DNA of 47,821 nucleotides from Bacteroidota bacterium (lineage in GTDB: Bacteria; Bacteroidota; Bacteroidia; Bacteroidales; VadinHA17), in assembly GCA_030596025.1 (NCBI GenBank), contig JAUVKW010000002.1, forward strand, positions 1-47,821, written 5' to 3'. The notes beneath the pieces were generated by a model, which searched no databases, was not told where the DNA came from, and was given only the letters and a program-made list of their open reading frames with translations. Every line of letters starts with the position of its first letter. The stretch's first letter is position 1. Below, one piece after another: positions 17,967 through 26,130 of the stretch. The position numbers and the translations under genes are program-made.

Positions 17967-19178
17967 TTAAAATCCACGTTCTGCAATTGCACCATCATGC
18001 AGTTCGGCAATATAATTTTTATCCGGTACCCGCCAATTCCCATAACGTAAACTAAGATATTCTTCGGTATGTGCCGGAACCGGGATTTTACGTCCTTCCC
18101 ATACTATTTCATCCCTGGTATCGAAAAATTTTGCATCTACGTGTTTGAGAACACCGCTATCTATCCAGTGATATTTATCTTTTACCCTGTACACACAAAA
18201 TAAGTCAATATGAAAATTAACCTGTTGAAGTTTTTCCCAACTTGTCTTTATCTTAACAACCCTTGTATCGCCGCGAACCCAACATCGATTATATGTTTTA
18301 ACTTTCTTTTTCCGTATAATATAGCGTGGGAAAAATTTGAATTTTAAAGCTGCTGCCCTATCTGCATACTCAGCAGGAATGCTAATATCAGCATCATAAT
18401 CCCAGGGGATTAAATCCCCATCACGAACAATTCCAAGTAAAGTGCCGGCTTCAATCCAAAAGGGAATTTTATTTCTTTGAAGCTGATCAATAGTAAAAAG
18501 TAGCATTTCCTTCATTCTGGGAAGGTTATTACTATCTTGTAATTTAATCTTTTCTACAGGAATTTCCCCTTCTATTTTATTTTCAGGAATCGAATGAATT
18601 AAACTATCGTCTGCAAGAGCACCATCGTTAATCTGGGGCATCCAATTATCAGGTATTGATTGCCAGTCTCCATATCTATGATTTAAATAATCGTCAGTTT
18701 GTGATGGAATATTGTATGTGTTTCCGTCAAATTCTAACTTATCTAATTTATCAAAATACTTACTATTAATATGTTTACAATTTCGAATATCAACCCATCT
18801 AAATTCGTTTTTTTGCTTATACTTAACAGAAATAAACACTTTACTGCAAAAGTCTTTTGTTCCCCAACTATTTAATATGCTCAATGTAATAACTGAGCCA
18901 GGGAGCCACTTTCTGCGGGACATGTTTAGATAAGAATGAACACGATACAAAAACCCAAGTTTTTTTAGGGCATTCTGTAATACTACTAAATGCTGTTGAT
19001 CAACTGAAAGATAAACATCTTTCTCGCAACCTAGATCCATACCTTTTTTTTCACCCCAAACACCCAATAATGTATCAAAATCCAACCAAAACGGCACCTT
19101 ATTCTTATCAAGCAAATTGATCACATCCCTGAATAATTTTGTTTTTAGTTTCCGGTGAATATTTAATAGCTTAATCAT
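17967..19178 (-). CDS. LicD-family phospho(no)transferase with two tandem LicD-like domains (the N-terminal copy is degenerate)
   Basis: 403 aa. The C-terminal half has the LicD signature IPFWIEAGTLLGIVRDGDLIPWDYDADISIP. The N-terminal half repeats the scaffold (VPFWLDFDTLLGVWGE...; YLNHRYGDW versus YLSLRYGNW) but lacks the DxD. Confidence 0.75.
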   Translation of the reverse strand: MIKLLNIHRKLKTKLFRDVINLLDKNKVPFWLDFDTLLGVWGEKKGMDLGCEKDVYLSVDQQHLVVLQNALKKLGFLYRVHSYLNMSRRKWLPGSVITLSILNSWGTKDFCSKVFISVKYKQKNEFRWVDIRNCKHINSKYFDKLDKLEFDGNTYNIPSQTDDYLNHRYGDWQSIPDNWMPQINDGALADDSLIHSIPENKIEGEIPVEKIKLQDSNNLPRMKEMLLFTIDQLQRNKIPFWIEAGTLLGIVRDGDLIPWDYDADISIPAEYADRAAALKFKFFPRYIIRKKKVKTYNRCWVRGDTRVVKIKTSWEKLQQVNFHIDLFCVYRVKDKYHWIDSGVLKHVDAKFFDTRDEIVWEGRKIPVPAHTEEYLSLRYGNWRVPDKNYIAELHDGAIAERGF

Positions 19179-19390
19179 ATATTGTTTTGTTCTGCTTTAT
19201 ATAATTTCCTGGGCTTTATTAAGAAAAATGTGTGTTGGATTCAATGGTTCAGTCTTCCTGTCAGTCAGGATTAAATTAATGGGTACAAAAGTAACTATTT
19301 TTCTTTACAACACTCATTATAAAGGAATCTGAATACTTTAAAGTATTTCTTGAAATATCCATATCATGGTCCCAGGGAAAATTATGTTAC

Positions 19391-20548
19391 TCAGGCAGGT
19401 AGGATATGTTTATCGATAAACTCCCGAACAGCACCGGATCCTCCTTTCCGGTCCAGAATGATTATTTTGCTAATGCCCTTTATTACATCCACCGCATCAT
19501 TTGGACATGCTCTTAAACCAACTTTCTCCAAAAGTTCTAAATCATTAATGTCATCTCCTATATATGCAATATTATCTAAGCCAATATTTTCCTTTTCACA
19601 GATGTTCCTGACTTTCTCAAGTTTATTGTTTTTAGCTCCTTGTACCAAATAATCGATTTTTAGTTTTTTTGCCCTTCTCTCAACTATTCTTGTGTTTTCT
19701 GATGTTATAATGCCCGTTTTTATTCCCCTGTTGCGTAGCAACTCAATCCCCATTCCATCCCTTGTGTTAAATTTTTTCAATTCATCTCCCTGTTCAGAAT
19801 AGTACATACCGGCATCGGTAAGCACTCCATCCACATCAGTAAGGAATAACATTATTTTATCCGGTTTGTCCTGATATAAAACATATTTGTGCATTATTTT
19901 CTCTGCAACTATCCAATCTTCCTCCTCATCTATTTCCAATGCTGTATATTCAGGCATCTCATAAATAGCAATATTTCCTGACAGTCTGTTCTTATGTTCT
20001 CTTATATTATCAATAGTATTAATATAAAAAGCACCATTCTCAACCAGCTGTCCCTGGAACTGCTGCCTTCTTGGCCGGTTTCTATAATCATAATTTATTG
20101 GCTTGCCACTGAGATCCCAGAAAAACCGCTTTAGTCTTGAGCAGCTTAGAAGTGAATTTACTTTTTCATCCTTAAAAACATTTAGGGCTTCTTCAAAGTG
20201 ATGTTTTCTTGTAAAAGGAGAGGTTGCCTGTACCAGCATGAAAATATTATCATCACATAGTTTTACATGTTCAATATATTCCAACATAACACTTTCAGTA
20301 GATGCTGTGTCTGATGCATTCTTATCATCTCTATCATAGATTTCAAGCTTTGAAAAATTAAATCCTGAAATGGTTTCTTTTATTAAATCAGAATCTGTGG
20401 CTACAACAATTCTGTCAATATTTTCAGACCGGTTAAGTTCACTTGCAACCCAGTATAATAATGGCTTTCCACAAAGAATTTTTATGTTTTTCCCGGGTAT
20501 AGACTTACTACCTCCCCGGGCAGGAATAAAAGCTATTGTTTTAGTCAT
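19391..20548 (-). CDS. neuA: CMP-nonulosonate synthetase (NeuA-type cytidylyltransferase) fused to a C-terminal KdsC-like HAD phosphatase
   Basis: 385 aa. The N-terminus reads IAFIPARGGSKSIPGKNIK, the CMP-sugar synthetase P-loop. The C-terminal ~155 aa has HAD motif I (DVDGVLTD) and GDDINDLE. Its start overlaps the stop of the upstream NeuB-like gene by 8 nt. Confidence 0.85.
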   Translation of the reverse strand: MTKTIAFIPARGGSKSIPGKNIKILCGKPLLYWVASELNRSENIDRIVVATDSDLIKETISGFNFSKLEIYDRDDKNASDTASTESVMLEYIEHVKLCDDNIFMLVQATSPFTRKHHFEEALNVFKDEKVNSLLSCSRLKRFFWDLSGKPINYDYRNRPRRQQFQGQLVENGAFYINTIDNIREHKNRLSGNIAIYEMPEYTALEIDEEEDWIVAEKIMHKYVLYQDKPDKIMLFLTDVDGVLTDAGMYYSEQGDELKKFNTRDGMGIELLRNRGIKTGIITSENTRIVERRAKKLKIDYLVQGAKNNKLEKVRNICEKENIGLDNIAYIGDDINDLELLEKVGLRACPNDAVDVIKGISKIIILDRKGGSGAVREFIDKHILPA

Positions 20549-21416
20549 TCTTCCGATATTTTAGTTTTTCCCTTTGTGCCTGTTCAATATTTAAAATCTC
20601 CTTATCCTTATAATTCAATGCCTTATGTGTTGCCTTAAGGTCTCTCGCCAATTTCCTAATTCCTTCAGGCTCTAACGAGGCTGCATGATCAGTTCCTTTC
20701 CATGTACGATCAAGGGTATAATGTCTCTCAATATACTCCGCTCCCAGTGTATATGCAGCAACATCAACAGCAATTCCAAGGTGATGGCCACTAAACCCTA
20801 TTGCTTTTACTTTAGACTCATACTTCTTTCTTAAGTTCAAAATCTCAAGAAGTGCTACATCTTCAAAAGGGACCGGATAACCAGAAGTACAAGCATATAT
20901 AACCACATCCTTTGTCCTGTTAAATCTGTCAAAAAGCTGTAATATGCCATCAATTTCATCCCTGGTTGTCATACCTGTTGATACATGAATTTCCCCATTG
21001 TAGTTTTTAGCCAACCATTCCATCATTTCTACATTATTATTACAGGCAGAAGGTATTTTTATCAATTTTGGATTCAATGAGCCTATCTCCTTTGCAGATG
21101 TAAGCTCCCATACCGAGCTTGAATATTCGATTCCAAAACCTTCACAGCATTTTTTTAACTCTGCATGCTGTTTCACATTAAATTCCAAATACTCACGATG
21201 GGCCCCATAGGAACCCCCATATGAGTTTATTGGATTTGGGTGGGGCGCATTGTATTGTTCTTCAGTAAGTAAGTCTTTATTGTTTCTTTTCTGAAATTTT
21301 ACAACATCAGCATTCCCGTACAGCTTTGCCACTTTGACAAGTTCTTTGGCTATATCAAGATCTCCCTTGTGGTTGCAACCAATCTCAGCGATTATTTTTG
21401 GATGATTATAATTCAT
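20541..21416 (-). CDS. neuB: NeuB-family nonulosonate (sialic acid/KDN 9-phosphate-type) synthase, short form without the C-terminal SAF domain
   Basis: 291 aa. It has IIAEIGCNHKGDLDIAKELV, KFQK and HYTLDR, typical of the NeuB TIM barrel. The ORF ends about 50 aa short of canonical NeuB, so there is no SAF/antifreeze-like domain. Confidence 0.85.
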   Translation of the reverse strand: MNYNHPKIIAEIGCNHKGDLDIAKELVKVAKLYGNADVVKFQKRNNKDLLTEEQYNAPHPNPINSYGGSYGAHREYLEFNVKQHAELKKCCEGFGIEYSSSVWELTSAKEIGSLNPKLIKIPSACNNNVEMMEWLAKNYNGEIHVSTGMTTRDEIDGILQLFDRFNRTKDVVIYACTSGYPVPFEDVALLEILNLRKKYESKVKAIGFSGHHLGIAVDVAAYTLGAEYIERHYTLDRTWKGTDHAASLEPEGIRKLARDLKATHKALNYKDKEILNIEQAQREKLKYRKND

Positions 21417-21711
21417 TTCTCTGTTTTTTCGGTTTTACCAAATTCAATCTTAAGTATTTAATATCGTAAAACAATAACTTAAACGGGATTAATCACAATA
21501 ACCTGATACATACTTTAAGTTAAATAATTTTCAACTCTAAAATATAATAATTCAACAATCAACAACAATGATAATGATTTTAGACAAAATATGTCTAAAT
21601 GTCACATTACAATCCATTAATTTGATTTTAATATCCAATTTGAATTCTAAACATATAAAGGATATATTCGCATTCTGGTTTGTGGGAAAACAAATTAGAG
21701 GAGGAAAGATT

Positions 21712-22731
21712 ATGGCTAATAAAGTATATGTATGTGGTACATTATACCATCTTTATGTTAGTAGTTTAAAAAATGTGGAGCCAGGCAACCAGGGGATTAA
21801 ATCATTGCTTATTGTGAATGACCACACCCCTAACCTATCTTCAATGGCTAAAAAGCTTGTTGAAAATAATTTTTTTTCTGACTATTTATATATCCCCTTC
21901 TATGAGATCAAAAGTAATCTGAAACTGGATACAGGGCTTATCAAAAGGAGTCTTTTCAGGAACAGAAATTTGATAAAATATGTTGAAGATAATTCTGATA
22001 TAAGAAAACAATTTGACTTCATCGGGGACTCAGAAATTAACTTGTTTTACAACCGTGGGATAAATTCTTTTTACTTCCTTACAAGGTTTAAGAAAAATAC
22101 CTTCATCCAACTCGAGAGTGGTATAGCCAATTATACTCCAATGGTTAGTATTCTTAAAGCCTTTAAGCGCAGATTCATACTGAAAACACCTCAGGGTGAT
22201 GGCAGGGACAAGCAAATAAAAAAAATTGAAGTGAAGTTTCCTGAAAATCTCCCCCCGGAGACAAGAAAAAAAGGGGTGAAACTTGATTTGCAGGACATAA
22301 TCGAATCTTTGGAAAATAGCAGAAAACAAGAACTACTAAATATATTTTCCCAGGGGCATAGTTTTTCATTAAATAACAATAAAAAACTTATCCTGATTAC
22401 CCAGCCCTTATCTGAAGATAAATTCATTACAGAGGATTACAAGATCTCTCTCTACAATAAGATCCTAAATGAATATGCTTCAGACTTTGAGGTGTATCTA
22501 AAGCCCCATCCAAGGGAGATAACCGAATACAAGGACAAATTTGATATTGATATAAATGAGCTTCCCCGAAACTTTCCACTTGAAATATTGAATTTTTCTA
22601 CCGAGATCGTATTTGATAAAGGGATAACTATTTTTTCCGGGGCCCTGAATAATCTTGAAAATATCGGGGAACGTATCTTTCTGGGTCAGGATTATGATAA
22701 GAAGCTGATCCAGAGAAAAAGGATAATTTAA
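21712..22731 (+). CDS. Putative GT52-like (Lst-type) sialyl/nonulosonyl transferase
   Basis: It carries YLKPHPRE (the HP motif of bacterial sialyltransferases), IFSGAL shortly after, LILITQPLSED, and an ESG at the position of the D/E-D/E-G motif. The order matches what I recall of Neisseria Lst. I chose the ATG at 21712, preceded by AGAGGAGGAAAG, over the ATG at 21568. Confidence 0.55.
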   Translation: MANKVYVCGTLYHLYVSSLKNVEPGNQGIKSLLIVNDHTPNLSSMAKKLVENNFFSDYLYIPFYEIKSNLKLDTGLIKRSLFRNRNLIKYVEDNSDIRKQFDFIGDSEINLFYNRGINSFYFLTRFKKNTFIQLESGIANYTPMVSILKAFKRRFILKTPQGDGRDKQIKKIEVKFPENLPPETRKKGVKLDLQDIIESLENSRKQELLNIFSQGHSFSLNNNKKLILITQPLSEDKFITEDYKISLYNKILNEYASDFEVYLKPHPREITEYKDKFDIDINELPRNFPLEILNFSTEIVFDKGITIFSGALNNLENIGERIFLGQDYDKKLIQRKRII

Positions 22732-23028
22732 GCTAATTTTGCTGCTGATACTTCAGAGGGAGCAGAAGATTTATTAATTATTATTAGAGAAAAAAATACA
22801 GCATTATTGAAGTAAAATATTGATCATTTGTCTTTATAAAAACATCCAGCATAACATATTTTTTCCTGAAATAGGAATGAAAAAACTTTAATATTACAGT
22901 TTTTGAAAAATCCTTTACAAATGCTGAAAATATGATTCCGACAGATGACTGGATAAAAATCTTACAAAATTAAACCTGATTCCCAATATATTTGGATAAT
23001 TTTACCCAATTGTCTTTAAAAAAATGAA

Positions 23029-23796
23029 ATGCCGAAGATTTCCGCAGTTATCATTAGTTATAATGAAGAAAAATATATAGGAAGGTGCCTTGAATCTCTA
23101 CAACAAGTAGCTGATGAAATTGTAGTTGTGGATTCCTATTCTCAAGATAAAACCAGAGAAATTTGTAAGACCTACAAGGTGAGATTTATAGAACATGAAT
23201 TTGAAGGCTATAGGCAACAGAAGAATTGGGCTATGGCCCAGGCCGAAAATGATATAGTACTTTCACTGGATGCTGATGAATGTCTGTCAGAAGAACTGAA
23301 AAATTCTATACAAAATGTAAAAAGCAGTTGGGAGGCGGATGCTTATTCTTTTAACCGCCTTAATAATTATTATGGGAAATGGATCAAACATTCAGGGGTT
23401 TATCCGGACAGGAAAATAAGATTATTTGACAGAAGAAAGGGAAAATGGGGTGGTGTTAACCCACATGATAAGTTCATAGTAAATCCTGGGGAGAAATATA
23501 AGTTTTTAACCGGAGATCTTCTACATTATGTCCAGGACTCAATTGATGATCATGTTGACAAGATCAGGTTGTTTTCCGGAATCAATGCCGGGGAATACTA
23601 TAAAATGGGGAAAAATTCTTCCTTTCTAAAGATTCTTGTTCATCCTTCATGGAGATTTTTTAAATCGTATTTTTTTAATATGGGGTTTTTAGATGGCTAT
23701 TATGGCTTTGTTATATGTTCCTTAAATGCCTATTCAAGTTTTTTGAAACATGTTAAAATCAGAAAGCTAAATATGAAAAGTAAGGATAAATCATAA
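23029..23796 (+). CDS. Glycosyltransferase family 2 (WaaE/KdtX-like)
   Basis: 255 aa. It has ISAVIISYNEE, VVVDSYSQD and a DxD (LDADE), typical of a GT-A fold GT2. Confidence 0.85.
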   Translation: MPKISAVIISYNEEKYIGRCLESLQQVADEIVVVDSYSQDKTREICKTYKVRFIEHEFEGYRQQKNWAMAQAENDIVLSLDADECLSEELKNSIQNVKSSWEADAYSFNRLNNYYGKWIKHSGVYPDRKIRLFDRRKGKWGGVNPHDKFIVNPGEKYKFLTGDLLHYVQDSIDDHVDKIRLFSGINAGEYYKMGKNSSFLKILVHPSWRFFKSYFFNMGFLDGYYGFVICSLNAYSSFLKHVKIRKLNMKSKDKS

Positions 23797-23822
23797 TGTC
23801 AAAATAATAAAATACATCTATT

Positions 23823-24512
23823 ATGAAGATAATAATACTTGCTGCCGGCATTGGTTCAAGACTGGGAAATCCTTTCCCAAAACCATTAACTCCCCTAAAA
23901 AATGGCAAAACCATAATGCAACAACAGGTAGAAAAACTAACTTCTTACTTTTCTCTTGATGATATATCAGTAATCATCGGGTTTAAAAAGGACCTGATCA
24001 TGGAAAGCTTCCCTGATCTTAGTTATATCTATAACCAATCCTTCGATCGTACAAACACATCAAAAAGCCTGCTAAAAGGTCTTAAGAAATATCCAAAATC
24101 TTCTATCTTATGGTTAAATGGAGATGTAGTATTTGACGAGAAGATATTGGAATATATATTACCCTATATTGCTCAGGATGCTTCATTTGTAGCAGTAAAT
24201 AATTCTGAGGTTGGAGATGAAGAAGTAAAGTACACTCTGGATAAGGATAAATATATTAACCTGATATCTAAAGAAGTGAAAAATGGCCTTGGAGAGGCTG
24301 TAGGCATAAATTATATTGCTAACAAAGACCTGTCTTCGTTTACAGGCAGATTAGAGGAATGTAAAGACATGGATTATTTTGAAAAAGGTCTTGAGCTGGC
24401 AATACAGAATGATCATATAAAAGTAAAAGCTGTAGATATCTCTGAATTTAATTGTGTGGAAGTTGATTTTGAAGAAGACCTGGAAAATGCAAATAGATTA
24501 TTTATTAAATAA
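23823..24512 (+). CDS. LicC/PntC-like nucleotidyl(cytidylyl)transferase
   Basis: 229 aa. The N-terminal signature is IILAAGIGSRLG..PKPL. Overall colinearity with LicC extends to the C-terminal VEVDFEEDLENA segment. Confidence 0.75.
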   Translation: MKIIILAAGIGSRLGNPFPKPLTPLKNGKTIMQQQVEKLTSYFSLDDISVIIGFKKDLIMESFPDLSYIYNQSFDRTNTSKSLLKGLKKYPKSSILWLNGDVVFDEKILEYILPYIAQDASFVAVNNSEVGDEEVKYTLDKDKYINLISKEVKNGLGEAVGINYIANKDLSSFTGRLEECKDMDYFEKGLELAIQNDHIKVKAVDISEFNCVEVDFEEDLENANRLFIK

Positions 24513-24514
24513 TT

Positions 24515-25558
24515 ATGAAGGCCATTCTATTTTGTGAGCTGCCTTACTCTTATGAAATATTATATCCCCTTTACAAAGCAGGTTTAAAAAGGGGCTACAA
24601 ACAGTTATGGTTTATCCCGGAAGCTGTTAAATCTCAACTCAAGCTGGACCCGGATCTAGAGATGACCTCCAGCATGAAGAATCTGGATGATTTTCAAAGC
24701 GATGCAATCCTGGTGCCAACCAATTCTATTCCACATTATCTCAGGGGTGTTAAGGTTCAGATATTTCATGGCTTTGCAGGAGAAAAAAAAGGCCACTTCA
24801 GAATAAGACATTATTTTGATCTGTACCTTACCCAGGGGCCTTATTTTACCAGGCAATTTAAGGCATTTGCAAAAAGGCATAAGAATTTCCATGTCGTGGA
24901 AACCGGCTGGTCAAAACCAGATCTTTATTATCAGGAACAATTATCCTTTCAACAAAAGAAAAAGGAAATCCTGGCTAATAACAGGGTCAAAACAATTGTT
25001 CTTTATGCCCCAACTTTCTCTCCTTCTTTATGCTCTGCCAAAGACCTGCTTCCTGAACTAATTTCACTGGCAAAGAGTGAACCAATTTATATGTTTATTA
25101 AGTTTCATGATAAAATGGCTCCTAAAACTATTCATGAATACAAACAAAGTTTTGACGGAATTGAGAACGTTGAAATTATGAACCAGAAAGATATCATCCA
25201 GGTCTTGAATATTAGTGATTATTTAATCTCAGATACCTCTTCCGTAGTTTATGAATTTATATTATTGAATAAACCGGCACTTACCTATAGATCCGGATCT
25301 AAAAATATTAACTGGCTTAATATTCGCAACTCTCAACAATTAATTCCTTCCTTCAAAAATATGGTAATAAATGACGAGTATGTATTAAAAAGGAAAAATA
25401 TAATTGCAGAATATCACCCATATACCGATGGAAAATCATCGGAAAGAATGTGGGATGCTATTGAAAAATATATATCGGAACAGGGTGTTCCTAAAAAAAG
25501 ACCATTGTCTTTTTACAGAAAACAAAAAGTTTATTCTCTTCACGGAAAATTAAGTTAA
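24515..25558 (+). CDS. CDP-alcohol phosphotransferase of the TagB/TagF (CDP-glycerol glycerophosphotransferase) family
   Basis: 347 aa. It has VLYAPTFSPS, IKFHDKM (at the position of the family His motif) and SDYLISDTSSVVYEFILLNKP. It starts 2 nt after the upstream nucleotidyltransferase stop. Confidence 0.75.
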   Translation: MKAILFCELPYSYEILYPLYKAGLKRGYKQLWFIPEAVKSQLKLDPDLEMTSSMKNLDDFQSDAILVPTNSIPHYLRGVKVQIFHGFAGEKKGHFRIRHYFDLYLTQGPYFTRQFKAFAKRHKNFHVVETGWSKPDLYYQEQLSFQQKKKEILANNRVKTIVLYAPTFSPSLCSAKDLLPELISLAKSEPIYMFIKFHDKMAPKTIHEYKQSFDGIENVEIMNQKDIIQVLNISDYLISDTSSVVYEFILLNKPALTYRSGSKNINWLNIRNSQQLIPSFKNMVINDEYVLKRKNIIAEYHPYTDGKSSERMWDAIEKYISEQGVPKKRPLSFYRKQKVYSLHGKLS

Positions 25559-26127
25559 TGACTTACCTGGAAACTATAGAAAAAGCCATAAAGGTAATGA
25601 GAAATGGAGGGATTATTCTATATCCCACTGACACAATCTGGGGTATTGGTTGTGATGCAACCAGGGAAGATACCGTAGAAAAAATATACAAACTTAAGGA
25701 AAGAAAAGACCGGAAAAGTATGCTGGTGGTAGTAAGCAATTCTGAAATGATTGCAGATTATGTACAGGAAGTTCCATCCATTGCCTGGGAGCTTCTTGAT
25801 GCTGCAAATGATCCGCTAACCATAATTTATCCAGGGGCAGTCAAGCTGGCAAATAATTTGGTAAGTAGCGATAAATCTATAGGTATACGAGTCTGTAAAA
25901 GTGAATTTTGCAAGGACTTGATCTCAAGATTCAGAAAGCCAATTGTTTCCACCTCCGCCAACATTTCAGGAAATACTTTTCCGAAAAACTTTCAGGAAAT
26001 AGACAGAAAAATTAAAACCGGGGTAGATTATATTTGTGATGTACCACAAATAAAGTTAAGCCCCGGAAAACCATCATCTATCATTAAGATAGGCCTGGGA
26101 AATGAGATTAAAATAATACGAAAATAG
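25558..26127 (+). CDS. tsaC: L-threonylcarbamoyladenylate synthase (TsaC/YrdC family)
   Basis: 189 aa. It has ILYPTDTIWGIGCDA, KERKDRKSM and VSTSANISG. Its start overlaps the TagF-like stop by 1 nt (TAATG at 25556-25560). Confidence 0.85.
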   Translation: MTYLETIEKAIKVMRNGGIILYPTDTIWGIGCDATREDTVEKIYKLKERKDRKSMLVVVSNSEMIADYVQEVPSIAWELLDAANDPLTIIYPGAVKLANNLVSSDKSIGIRVCKSEFCKDLISRFRKPIVSTSANISGNTFPKNFQEIDRKIKTGVDYICDVPQIKLSPGKPSSIIKIGLGNEIKIIRK

Positions 26128-26130
26128 GGG

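Noticed and set aside
22732-23028. 297-bp AT-rich gap inside the island, considered as a decayed gene or ncRNA
   Set aside because: No ORF remnant, repeat or stable stem was recognised by eye. It is most simply the promoter region of the GT2/NT/TagF/tsaC operon.
14122-25558. The glycan island as a horizontally acquired mobile element
   Set aside because: No integrase, transposase, tRNA target or flanking direct repeats are visible. Composition looks similar to the flanks by eye, and I could not compute GC. It may still be a variable locus, but mobility is unsupported.
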